Part shown: one piece after another, positions 38,671 to 47,987 of the stretch | Numbering within the stretch: position 1 is the first letter of the stretch | Layout: each line of letters starts with the position of its first letter | Virus record (IMG/VR): IMGVR_UViG_3300025018_000121 | Location: 1-64,000 of that record | Source of the DNA: a virus | Direction: 5' to 3' (one strand) | DNA: 64,000 nucleotides | Made by a program: the position numbers and the translations under genes | Notes under the pieces: model-generated | The model's input: only the letters and a program-made list of their open reading frames with translations | Database searches by the model: none | Told to the model about the DNA's origin: nothing

Positions 38671-41600
38671 ATGTACCCAAAAAGAGAGAAGCCCGCAGTT
38701 AACTGTGTATATAACACAGGAAACGAAATATTCAATGAGAAAGAAATGAGCTACTATTCTTTTCTTTCTGAAACTCCTCGCTCGGTACTTTCTGTATCGA
38801 AAGAATGCAAACCGTTTGATATGCGAGTACCCATTTCTAAGAAATGGAAGAAAAGCAAAAATCGAATGTTGTTTGTATGTCAGCACGTTCATACCGAAGA
38901 CTTGAAAACTAAAACCCTTTTAAGTGCACAATCAGGTACATTACTTAAAAACCTTTTGAATTACTCTAAGAAACTTGCTGTTGCTACTAGCAATATTCCA
39001 CAGGACTTTGCTTATGCAGCGGTTAACTTCAATTTCTTCAAGTCGTATCATTTATCCCCAGCACAGCAAAAAGAATTAAACATAAACTCAATTAATGCAA
39101 AGAGGGTGCGTCGTTTTATTCAAAAGACGCGCCCTACACACGTTTTCTTTTCAGGCTGTGAGGCGGCCTATGCTATTCTAGGGGACTCAGTTCCTAACAT
39201 AGAACACAAAATGGGTTGGGTAATTGATGCAAAGATAGATGGATTAAAAGTAAAGGTATGCTCTTCTTTTGATTTTGTTGACGCTATCTCTGATAAAAGA
39301 AAAAGAAAAGAGTGGGAAGATGATGAAGACGATGACAGTGGTGACGACGCCGGTCTAGAAGGTGCTTTTTCACTAGGGTATTTCGCACGCTGTCTTCGCA
39401 ACGCACTAATTGATAAGATACCGCATGAAATTAATTTAGTACCTAAAGGGGAATATGTAGACACAATAGAAAAATTTGATGCAATGATGAAAGTGCTCAA
39501 TAAAGCACAGTACATTGCTGTAGATACAGAAGCTCAGAATCTTAACAAAATTAAAAATAAAACATATACCCTTCAATTTGCAGTAAAGAAAAGCAAAGGG
39601 TATGTGTTGCCTTATTTACACGGTATGACACCTTTCAGCTCTGATGAACTTGCGTACATAAGGAAAAAGCTAAGAGCATTCTTTTCACAGAAAATTGAGT
39701 TAAGCGGGGATATTAAAAAGGCGAGATTCCTTTTAATGTTCAACGGTAAATTTGACTTGTCTCTTTTGAGAAACGAGTTCGGTATTCGTGTCTATCACTG
39801 GCCTCTTTGGGATATTCAAGCGGGTGAATACTTGCTTGACGAAAACTTAAAATTTATAGGCAAAGTTGCTAAAGTAGGTTCAAAGAAATTACACCACGGT
39901 AACTTGGCACAATTACTTGCAAACTATGGTTGTGATTTTTATTACACGTCTGCATTCAGTAAAGCAGATCGTGGCGACATGGACAATACAGATATCACTA
40001 GCCAAGCCTTTATTAATTATGCGGCTATGGACGCTCAGTGTCTTATTGCTATGTTTGAACAACAGCTAAAAAGAGCAAAGCAAGAAACTCACATGGTAAA
40101 TGGCCAAAGGGTTTCTTATTTAAAAGACTATTGCAGAATGAATCTATGTCAAATGTCTAACATTATCCATGACTTTTCTGTTATGGAATACAGAGGAACT
40201 AATGTAGACAGAAGACACCTATTGTATTTAAAAACAAAACAGAGTCCTATTAGTCAGTCCATCTATAAAGCAAGAAACGATTTGTACGCTTTAAAATCTG
40301 TTAAGGAAGCAAACAAGTTTTTATTGAAAGAGAAAAATGTTCAAAGCAACTCACTTTTTGGTGAAGCATGGGCCTTTAATATCGACAAGCCTTATCATAA
40401 ACAGGTCTTGTATATTAAAGTTCTTGGACTAGAGCCTATCACTTACGGAAAGAGCGGAGAGCCTTCGTTAGGAAAAATATTTAAGAAGACTTATAAAGAC
40501 ACTGAAGAAGTAAAAATTCTAGAAGCACTAGAAAAAGTTAAGAAACTTAAAACTTCCTACGTTAATGCTTTCATAAAGTTTTTGAGTGAGGGCGACGGCG
40601 CAGCAGATGGTAGAATCAGACCTAAGTTTGATTTCTTTCCTGTTGTTACAGGCCGAAGCAACTCTAGTAAACCTTCTTTGCAGCAGATTCCCCAGCGCGG
40701 TGATAATGCCAAACATCTAAAAAGAGTATTCGCAGCAGGAAAAGGAAAGATAAAAATCAAACAAGATTACTCAGCTCACGAAATTCGTTGCTGGTCTATT
40801 ATTTCACTAGATAAGGTCTTGGGTTCTGTATTTATGATCGGTAGAAAACTCCGGTCAAAGTTTTTTAAGACAGGTAAAGAAAAATACAAGAAAGAAATTG
40901 CGTTAAAAGGTGACGTTCACAAACTAAACCAGAACTTCTTCTTTGGTACTCCTATTAAAGAAATTACACCCGAACAACGTGACGGTATCAAAGCTGTAGG
41001 CTTTGGTGCTATTTACGGCAAGTCTGTTTCTACACTTGCTAAAGACTTAAAGAAAGCTATTGAAATTGTTCAAGAACTTGTTGATAAATACTTTGGTCGT
41101 TACAAGAAAGCGAGTAATTGGTTAAAGTGGGCAAAATCTTTCAGTGAAAAATATCTTTTTGTTAACTCTCCTATTGGTCGCAGACGTTATCTGTTCGGCT
41201 ATTTAACACAAGATAATCGTATCGTTGCTGCTATGCAACGTCGTGCTATGAACTCTCCTATTCAGGGTATGGCAGCAGACTTTGGCCACACTGCATCTAG
41301 ACTATTTTCTATTGAGTTTGAAAAAGTTTTAACTAAGCTAAAACGTATTACCGAAGAAACAGAAAAGATGCCTTCCGACATTGAGGTTATGGTACACGAC
41401 TCAATGCAGACTGAAGTAGATTTTCAAAACGTACTTATCGCAGTTCATTTGTTACAGTGGTGTGCTACACAGGGCGTTGTTGACTATTACGGAAAACATT
41501 TTGGCTTGAAGTTTTCTGTTATTCCTGAAGTAGATATGGAATTTGGAATGTCTGAAGACAAAATGTATAACTGGAATTGGTCACTAACAGGTAAAGTAAT

Positions 41601-41892
41601 ACAGAAAGTAACGGAGGGAGACAAAGAAAAATTTTATGTTGTTGAATACGTGGATGGAAAAGAAGTAAAAAAGAGAATTAAAGGTAATGATGAACTCGAA
41701 GCTGACGAGTCTTTTCCTTTAGACTACTGTATTCATAAAACGGCAGAAGACTACATTAAGATGTATCCAGAACACGACATAACAGCTAAAAAGATCGTAA
41801 AAACTATTTATTCTGACTGGGAAAATTCCAAGATCAAAGCGTATCTTGATAAGAAGTATCCCATACTTGCGGAGTGGGAGTGTGAAATATGA
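38671..41892 (+). CDS. polA: family A DNA polymerase with 3'-5' exonuclease and N-terminal UDG-like domain (start may be ATG 38746)
   Basis: ExoI AVDTE, ExoII FNGKFDL, ExoIII YAAMDA; TGRSNSSKPSLQQIP; motif A DYSAHEIR; motif B RDGIKAVGFGAIYG; NSPIQG; motif C VHDS. Confidence 0.93.
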   Translation: MYPKREKPAVNCVYNTGNEIFNEKEMSYYSFLSETPRSVLSVSKECKPFDMRVPISKKWKKSKNRMLFVCQHVHTEDLKTKTLLSAQSGTLLKNLLNYSKKLAVATSNIPQDFAYAAVNFNFFKSYHLSPAQQKELNINSINAKRVRRFIQKTRPTHVFFSGCEAAYAILGDSVPNIEHKMGWVIDAKIDGLKVKVCSSFDFVDAISDKRKRKEWEDDEDDDSGDDAGLEGAFSLGYFARCLRNALIDKIPHEINLVPKGEYVDTIEKFDAMMKVLNKAQYIAVDTEAQNLNKIKNKTYTLQFAVKKSKGYVLPYLHGMTPFSSDELAYIRKKLRAFFSQKIELSGDIKKARFLLMFNGKFDLSLLRNEFGIRVYHWPLWDIQAGEYLLDENLKFIGKVAKVGSKKLHHGNLAQLLANYGCDFYYTSAFSKADRGDMDNTDITSQAFINYAAMDAQCLIAMFEQQLKRAKQETHMVNGQRVSYLKDYCRMNLCQMSNIIHDFSVMEYRGTNVDRRHLLYLKTKQSPISQSIYKARNDLYALKSVKEANKFLLKEKNVQSNSLFGEAWAFNIDKPYHKQVLYIKVLGLEPITYGKSGEPSLGKIFKKTYKDTEEVKILEALEKVKKLKTSYVNAFIKFLSEGDGAADGRIRPKFDFFPVVTGRSNSSKPSLQQIPQRGDNAKHLKRVFAAGKGKIKIKQDYSAHEIRCWSIISLDKVLGSVFMIGRKLRSKFFKTGKEKYKKEIALKGDVHKLNQNFFFGTPIKEITPEQRDGIKAVGFGAIYGKSVSTLAKDLKKAIEIVQELVDKYFGRYKKASNWLKWAKSFSEKYLFVNSPIGRRRYLFGYLTQDNRIVAAMQRRAMNSPIQGMAADFGHTASRLFSIEFEKVLTKLKRITEETEKMPSDIEVMVHDSMQTEVDFQNVLIAVHLLQWCATQGVVDYYGKHFGLKFSVIPEVDMEFGMSEDKMYNWNWSLTGKVIQKVTEGDKEKFYVVEYVDGKEVKKRIKGNDELEADESFPLDYCIHKTAEDYIKMYPEHDITAKKIVKTIYSDWENSKIKAYLDKKYPILAEWECEI

Positions 41893-42656
41893 GAGGGTGC
41901 CTAGTAATAAGTTCGTCAAGAAATGACGATTCTAATCTAAAAGATTTTTACCAAACTGTTTTTGAAGACTCCATGGTATTTCACGGAAACTCTTTCACTG
42001 ATAAGTTTAGTATCAGCACAAATACTAGCATTAATACTGAGGCTGGTTCTTTTGCAGTGTCTGACGATGAAATCTATGAAATGCCTGTACCTACTAGAGG
42101 CTCTATAATTTTAAATACATTTGAAGGTGTTATACCACAAGTCAATCAGGACATTATTAATGACTTTACTGAGATTGATGATGAACGCTATAAAGATAAA
42201 GCATACTGTGCAAGTAAACTTTTAACGCACCTAAACTCTAACAAGCACAAAGACTGTTTTCAAGAAAAAGAGATTGAACGTAACTACAACGACCTTATTA
42301 AAGCGCGTATTGTCGATAGAATAGACGGCAGTTGGGCTTTTTCAATGGCCTACATAGCAATGTCAGGAAAAGGGCGAATCGTAATTGCACGAAAACTTAG
42401 GGATGTTTATTTCCACTTTGTAAGTACCAATACATTTAACGCAATCGTTTGGACTACTGACCTTCATTTATTCCATAGTCTAGATAAAAGATTTTTTGTG
42501 TATAGCATGACGCCACTCGCACATAAAGACTCTCTGGTATTGCATCCATTATTCTTGATAGATAAATGGAAGCGCTGGAACAGCAAGAAGACTAAAACAA
42601 ATAGTTTCTCTGCAATTTCTATTTTAGAACAATACCTTACTAGAAGTGCGCGTTAA
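41889..42656 (+). CDS. degenerate class-II glutamine amidotransferase (Ntn)-like protein
   Basis: RIDGSWAFS...IVIARK pattern; N-terminus MRGCL lacks Cys at position 2. Confidence 0.4.
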   Translation: MRGCLVISSSRNDDSNLKDFYQTVFEDSMVFHGNSFTDKFSISTNTSINTEAGSFAVSDDEIYEMPVPTRGSIILNTFEGVIPQVNQDIINDFTEIDDERYKDKAYCASKLLTHLNSNKHKDCFQEKEIERNYNDLIKARIVDRIDGSWAFSMAYIAMSGKGRIVIARKLRDVYFHFVSTNTFNAIVWTTDLHLFHSLDKRFFVYSMTPLAHKDSLVLHPLFLIDKWKRWNSKKTKTNSFSAISILEQYLTRSAR

Positions 42657-42659
42657 ACA

Positions 42660-42668
42660 TGTAAAGTA
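42660..42668 (+). promoter_or_regulatory. TGTAAAGTA class-1 promoter-like motif
   Basis: in the short gap before the clamp-like gene. Confidence 0.6.
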
Positions 42669-42677
42669 TACGAACCC

Positions 42678-43754
42678 ATGGAGGTAATAATGCAGTTGTT
42701 ATTTGATAGTGATGCGTTAACAGGTGTTATATCACGTTTAACCAAAGTTATTTCCAACCCTTCTGAAGTACATCTTGTAGTAAAAGACGGCAAGTGCTTT
42801 GTTTCCGCTTCTAGTGAAGGCTTTTTAGTTAGCTTATCTCTGAAAGCTGATTGTAAGAAAGACGGTTTTTGCTCTGTGGAATTTAACAGTTTCAAAACCG
42901 TATTTAAGAATAGAAAAACAGTAGAGCTTAAACTAGAAGGCACTAAACTGTTTTTCAAAGCGACTAACTCGAAAAGCTTTGCAGGAAATCTTGTAACACA
43001 GGACTACACAAAGCACAGACTGCCGTCCATAAAAGACTCTAAGACCGTACCTACGGAACAAGTCGATTTTATATCAGACGTTTTAAAAAATATGTCTATT
43101 GAGGATTTTTACTTTAAGAAGCCCTTATCTTTTACCTGTTTTTCAAAAGATAAATTGGCCTACTGCTATGTAACTTCTACACATCACATGGCTATAGCAA
43201 AGAAGTCCTGCAAAAAAGACTTCGTTGAGTTCACACTTCCTTTAAAATGCCTTTCTTCTATTATTGCAGTAATGGACGGGAAGTTTTCTTTCAGCATCGA
43301 AGAATCTAGAATCATCGTAACGAATAAAGCAGGTGACATTGTAGTTAATCCACTAGAGTCTGTAGAAGATGCTCCGAAGAAAGAAAAAGTTCTTGGAATG
43401 TATGACGAACTGCAATCGAGTAAGCGCATTGTGGCAAAAGCAATTTCTATTGATTCTGTTAAAGATAGCATGGCGGCCTTTTCTTCATTGAAATCAGAAA
43501 AGTCTACACTTCAAATAGAGTCAACAAAGACAGGGCTTGAGCTAAGTATGTCGAGCACTAAAGGAACTCTAAACCAAACGATTAAATGTAAAGTAAAAAA
43601 CAAAGGAAAAATTCTAGTTAATCCTGATATGCTTTCTAACTTTATAAGAATTGCCAGTAAGGACTCGTTTACTTTGAGCGCTACAGACCGTGCCTTTTCA
43701 TTATTCACAGAGCAAAGTGAAAATGCTCTGTGTTATCTAGGAGCGCAGGTTTAA
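42678..43754 (+). CDS. DNA sliding clamp, beta (DnaN)-like
   Basis: about 355 aa with three repeated alpha/beta domains; TSTHHMA resembles the ATDGHRL motif; ILVNPDML resembles the C-terminal fN.kyl motif; replication context. Confidence 0.6.
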   Translation: MEVIMQLLFDSDALTGVISRLTKVISNPSEVHLVVKDGKCFVSASSEGFLVSLSLKADCKKDGFCSVEFNSFKTVFKNRKTVELKLEGTKLFFKATNSKSFAGNLVTQDYTKHRLPSIKDSKTVPTEQVDFISDVLKNMSIEDFYFKKPLSFTCFSKDKLAYCYVTSTHHMAIAKKSCKKDFVEFTLPLKCLSSIIAVMDGKFSFSIEESRIIVTNKAGDIVVNPLESVEDAPKKEKVLGMYDELQSSKRIVAKAISIDSVKDSMAAFSSLKSEKSTLQIESTKTGLELSMSSTKGTLNQTIKCKVKNKGKILVNPDMLSNFIRIASKDSFTLSATDRAFSLFTEQSENALCYLGAQV

Positions 43755-44194
43755 TGAAAAGACACCATAAAAAACAGATCATGTTTAAACTAAATGTTCC
43801 CACTGGAAGAATCTATAAGTGCGCTCATTTAAACTTTTCTATGTTCTATAACTTTAAAGTACAGCCTAAAATATTCAAGAGTGTATTCCTTTCTAGACTT
43901 GAAACTATAAATCTTCCTAACCTTGACGTGTATGAAGTCAGAGCTAATGCACTAGAAGGTGCATTAATTGGATATGGTTTTGATTGTTACGGTAAAGTCA
44001 CCGTGTTCCGAAGTAATTACGTAGGTTCATCTAACGTGTATTTTTCAACTTCAAAACTGAAAGAGTTAAACAAAGACAACCTAGACCTGAAGTTTTCTTT
44101 AAACAACATGTTGTTTTTTGAATACGAAGGTATGGCAACTCTTGTTACGCTAGGACTTGGTGACAAGATAAAAAATGCAATGGAAATAAACTAA
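43754..44194 (+). CDS. hypothetical protein (ATG 43754 overlapping the upstream TAA)
   Basis: TAATG stop/start coupling. Confidence 0.55.
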   Translation: MKRHHKKQIMFKLNVPTGRIYKCAHLNFSMFYNFKVQPKIFKSVFLSRLETINLPNLDVYEVRANALEGALIGYGFDCYGKVTVFRSNYVGSSNVYFSTSKLKELNKDNLDLKFSLNNMLFFEYEGMATLVTLGLGDKIKNAMEIN

Positions 44195-44210
44195 CCCAAG
44201 TGGTAATAAC

Positions 44211-44753
44211 ATGACAAACAAATCTTTAAAGCGATTACTAAGAGCAGACAACCGTTTCGTTAAATATAAAAATATTTTAAGCCATGCAGAATCTATGGCA
44301 GAATTTGAAAACTATTTGACTGAATTAGAGAATATGCACAAAGCCAGAAAAGCAAGAACCCTTGTGCATAAAAGTATAAGTACGCAGCGCCTTATGAAAG
44401 CCATTCTGCAAGACGCTTCTTATAGGTCACGTTGCGTAGAAATCATGGTACAGGTTAGTAAAGCACAGCGTTTACTGAACGCAGCAACAGACGAAATCTA
44501 TAATCATATTTTTGTAAAGTACAAGGCATACCTTTCTCAGTACAGGACTAAAGCGGAGAAAGACTCATTCGTACAAGCGATTCTATCCGACTCTTATTCA
44601 AAGCAAGCAGACTTTGAAAGAATTGCAGACGTTGCTAAAAGTATCATTGAAGATATTGATAAGTTCAGTTGGTCTACGAAAAATATCATTGAAGCGATGA
44701 AGCTAATTTTCCAGAAAGAAAATGTTATCGGTCTGAAAACGCATACAATGTAA
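44211..44753 (+). CDS. helical replication/recombination-region protein (UvsY-like size and context)
   Basis: all-helical 180 aa; functional call rests on context only. Confidence 0.35.
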   Translation: MTNKSLKRLLRADNRFVKYKNILSHAESMAEFENYLTELENMHKARKARTLVHKSISTQRLMKAILQDASYRSRCVEIMVQVSKAQRLLNAATDEIYNHIFVKYKAYLSQYRTKAEKDSFVQAILSDSYSKQADFERIADVAKSIIEDIDKFSWSTKNIIEAMKLIFQKENVIGLKTHTM

Positions 44754-44763
44754 GGAGCTTAAT

Positions 44764-44961
44764 ATGGCTGAAGTAACTACACTAAACGGAATAACCTTTA
44801 TTAAGAATGACGACGGTACACTTGACGTGTCGGACGGAAAAAGAGTATTTAAAAACTGCTATATTAAAAGTATGAATGACGCGGATTTTTTTGACTCTCC
44901 TGCTGATCCGCTTGTATTAAGTATGACTATTGAATACAAGATATCAGAGGACAACAAATGA
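44764..44961 (+). CDS. 65-aa protein resembling the C-terminal part of a tail tube protein
   Basis: AAGGAG RBS; VFKNCYIKSM..ADF..SPADPLVLSMTIEY aligns without gaps to the tube proteins at 11287 and 12951. Confidence 0.55.
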   Translation: MAEVTTLNGITFIKNDDGTLDVSDGKRVFKNCYIKSMNDADFFDSPADPLVLSMTIEYKISEDNK

Positions 44962-45191
44962 GTTACGAAGTAATAAAGTTTGTAAAGAGAGTGGGAAATG
45001 TAATTCCACTTATACCAAAAGATGTGCAGTCCGAACTTGCTTTTCTTGGACTTGAAAAAGATTATATACACAGAGTAGAACTTAAAAACGACAAGTATGT
45101 AGTGAGTATGGTATTAGTCGCACCCCCTGCGCCTTGTGAGCACATTACAGTGAACTTTAAGATAGGAGACATAGATGGAAATTCAAATTGA
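44958..45191 (+). CDS. 77-aa protein resembling the C-terminal part of a tail sheath protein
   Basis: GAGG RBS; ends YVVSMVLVAPPAPCEHITVNF (PxxPxExIxVxF sheath-terminal pattern). Confidence 0.45.
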   Translation: MSYEVIKFVKRVGNVIPLIPKDVQSELAFLGLEKDYIHRVELKNDKYVVSMVLVAPPAPCEHITVNFKIGDIDGNSN

Positions 45192-45372
45192 AATTGAAAC
45201 GTCAGTGTACGCAATTATGATAGTAACCAGTGTAATTTTTATTTTGTCTGTGTGGTGGTTTTCCTTTTCTCATAGAAAAAACGAACAGTTTAGAAACGAA
45301 AATCGAAGAAAATTACTTTCAAGGTTTTATTCTGAGGAAGACGTTGATTATTTAATGGGAGAGAAGGAATGA
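45175..45372 (+). CDS. small single-pass membrane protein
   Basis: AGGAG RBS; TM plus basic helix. Confidence 0.6.
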   Translation: MEIQIEIETSVYAIMIVTSVIFILSVWWFSFSHRKNEQFRNENRRKLLSRFYSEEDVDYLMGEKE

Positions 45373-45569
45373 CATCGTTAGGTATGGTAATAGTATGTTC
45401 AATTTCTATAGCGCTTGTACTACTCGCATTTTTCATTGTTAATCGAAGAGAGAAACAACGCAAGCAATATTACAAAGTATGGATTGACCACATGCGCAAA
45501 TCAGGTACACATGAAGCAGAAATAATGAGGCTTACTGGTTTGTATTATCTCTCAGTAGAGGAAGACTAA
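45369..45569 (+). CDS. small single-pass membrane protein
   Basis: TM plus basic helix; coupled to neighbouring genes. Confidence 0.6.
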   Translation: MTSLGMVIVCSISIALVLLAFFIVNRREKQRKQYYKVWIDHMRKSGTHEAEIMRLTGLYYLSVEED

Positions 45570-47107
45570 TGTCTACATCTAACCGGATATTTTTCAAGGA
45601 AAGGATTTATATTCCTGAAAAAATAGTGGACATGGATGAAATAGAAAAACGGTTTCACAGAACTGTATACAACGAAGAAAAATGTTTGAGCTGCGAGTTC
45701 TATGAAGACAGACACTGTGACGTGTGTGATGAATGTCCGGGCTTCATCGGTACGTTTAAAATGTACAAGGAAAAAGTTTCCGGTGGTAAAAATTATATTG
45801 GAATTCCTTATGGTGCCAGAGATCAAATCAAGAAAGTAATTACACGGTCTGCAAAAGGAAAAGATTTGCGGGCCTGTCCGCCGTTTAAAACAAAGGGAAT
45901 TAAATTTATTGCTAAGGAAAAGCCCTATCAAAGAAAAGCAAGAAAGAAAATGATCGAACGTGGATATGGTATTTTAAAAGCACCTCCACGTTCAGGCAAA
46001 ACTGTAATGGCTACTTCAATTGTATGCAAATTACAAAGCAAGACAATTATTCTAGCTTCTCAGCGTGAGTGGCTTGTAGGTTTTTACGAAACCTTCTGTG
46101 GAAACAAATCCAAAAAAATTAAACCTTTCACAACAATACCTGATTTAGAATCATCAAATAAAAAGATTATTGGCTTTCCAAAAACTCTAAAAGAATATGA
46201 AAAATATGATATATGCCTAGTTACCTACCAATCTCTTAATTCCAGAGGCGGCAAGAGACTGCTTAAAAAAATCAAGGATATGTTTGGCGTACTTGTTCTT
46301 GATGAATGTCATGACGCAGGCGCACCTGTGCTTGCGCGTGTAGTGAACTCTTTTAATTGCAAATACCGTTTTGGTTTATCTGGTACTCCAGAAAGAAAGG
46401 ACAAGAAAGACTTTGTTTTTGAATCTGTGTTTGGGGGTATAACGTACAACGCAAAAGTAAAAACACTTAAACCAAAAGTAACTTTCATTGAGACACACAC
46501 CAAATCAGATAAGCAATATTCTTTACCTATTCATGCAGTTAAGTTTCTAGAGCGTGATAAAAGACGTACCAAATTAATCGTTAAGCACATTGTTAGTGAT
46601 GTTAAAAGAGGCCACCACGTAGTTGTTCCTGTTGCTCACGTTGCTTATATGAAGATGTTAGTGGAGGAAATAAATAAAAAAGCAGGAAAAGAAATTGCTG
46701 TTGGTTTCTTTGGTGGACTATCTAAACCAAAGAAAGACCAGATTATTGCAGATGCTCAGAGTGGAAAAATAAAAGTTATTGTAGGCATTAGGAGAATGGT
46801 TCAGGTTGGTGTGAATATTCCACTATGGTCAGCTCTATATGAAATAAATCCGATATCAAATCCTCCAAAGATGAAACAAGAAACAGCACGAATTCTAACT
46901 GACATACCCGGAAAACTAAGTCCAGTTATTAGACACTTCTTAGACGACGTAGGCTTTTCTAGAGGGTGTCTTAGAACATGTCTATTCAAAACATATTTCC
47001 CAGAACGTTTTATTATTTCAGAAAAAGATAGGGGTTTGGCGCTTAAATATACATCAAAAGCTACCCTGAGCCATGATATAAGCTCTGCGGGCATCAAGAA
47101 GTTTTAA
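45569..47107 (+). CDS. SF2 DNA helicase (UvsW/XPB-like) with N-terminal Cys cluster
   Basis: APPRSGKT, VTYQS, VLDECH, GLSGTPERKD, GVNIP, QETARI. Confidence 0.88.
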   Translation: MSTSNRIFFKERIYIPEKIVDMDEIEKRFHRTVYNEEKCLSCEFYEDRHCDVCDECPGFIGTFKMYKEKVSGGKNYIGIPYGARDQIKKVITRSAKGKDLRACPPFKTKGIKFIAKEKPYQRKARKKMIERGYGILKAPPRSGKTVMATSIVCKLQSKTIILASQREWLVGFYETFCGNKSKKIKPFTTIPDLESSNKKIIGFPKTLKEYEKYDICLVTYQSLNSRGGKRLLKKIKDMFGVLVLDECHDAGAPVLARVVNSFNCKYRFGLSGTPERKDKKDFVFESVFGGITYNAKVKTLKPKVTFIETHTKSDKQYSLPIHAVKFLERDKRRTKLIVKHIVSDVKRGHHVVVPVAHVAYMKMLVEEINKKAGKEIAVGFFGGLSKPKKDQIIADAQSGKIKVIVGIRRMVQVGVNIPLWSALYEINPISNPPKMKQETARILTDIPGKLSPVIRHFLDDVGFSRGCLRTCLFKTYFPERFIISEKDRGLALKYTSKATLSHDISSAGIKKF

Positions 47108-47930
47108 ACTTTTTTATTTTATCAAGTAGTTTTGATTTATTAATACTAGAATTCTTACTCTTTTTATTATTCTCATTTTGTGTTATCAGTCTTAGATTGC
47201 AAGGGTGCGCTACTATTTCTACAGGTACTGGATTTTTGTACTTAAAGAACCCGTCGTACTTTGAAAGTGCGTGGTCTATATGAAAATCTCTCGATCTTTT
47301 ATTGTCTTTGTCTATTATATTTTTATATTTTTTATAATTCCTCATAGTTTCGGCGTGTACTTGCTTACAGTACAATTTAAATTCGCTATACTGCCTTTCT
47401 TGAATACCCTTACTCTTTCTTTTAATTACACTGGCCCTTAATTTACTCTCACTAATACTTCTTATTCTCCAATTCTCCTTTATAGCCCAATTACGCATGG
47501 CAGTTGAACTTATTCCGTGTAGTATAGCAATTTGAGTTATAGGCCACCCTTTTACCTCATAAAGTCTTTTATAATCGTTCAACTCACTTCGTAAAATCCA
47601 TTTCTTTTTAGCTCTCAGTTTCCACTTATCTCTTTTGGCTGTATACAAAATATTTTCTACGGTAACTCCAAGTTCTTTAGCTATGTCTGACATCTCTCTT
47701 TTACTTTTTTCATATTCTTTTTTCGCATACTTCATTTGCTCTATTGAAATTTTATAGTTCCCAGCCGGCCCGTATTTCCATTTATTTTTTATACATAATT
47801 GTCTTATTGTTTCGCCTGAACATCCGTAGGCTTCCCCAATAGAATAAAGACGCTCTCCTTTTTCGGCCCTTTCTTTTATATCTTTCATCTTCTTAACTGT
47901 TAATATTTTTGAAAACTCCCGAGGCTTCAT
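47094..47930 (-). mobile_element. HNH-type homing endonuclease with three N-terminal HTH-like repeats, inverted orientation
   Basis: FHIDH...HPCNLRLI...ENNKK; repeats such as IAKELGVT..NI...AKRDKW; GGAG RBS. Confidence 0.75.
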
Positions 47931-47953
47931 TTTTTATCTCCAAAGCGGTTTTA

Positions 47954-47963
47954 ATAAAATTAG
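47954..47963 (-). promoter_or_regulatory. CTAATTTTAT class-2 motif upstream of the HNH gene
   Basis: exact motif on the minus strand, oriented with the gene. Confidence 0.6.
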
Positions 47964-47987
47964 ACAACTACCGAAGTTTGAACAAGA

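Noticed and set aside
43587-43595. Extra TGTAAAGTA inside the clamp-like gene
   Set aside because: It encodes CKV in frame and lies about 160 bp from the next start; cannot be told from chance
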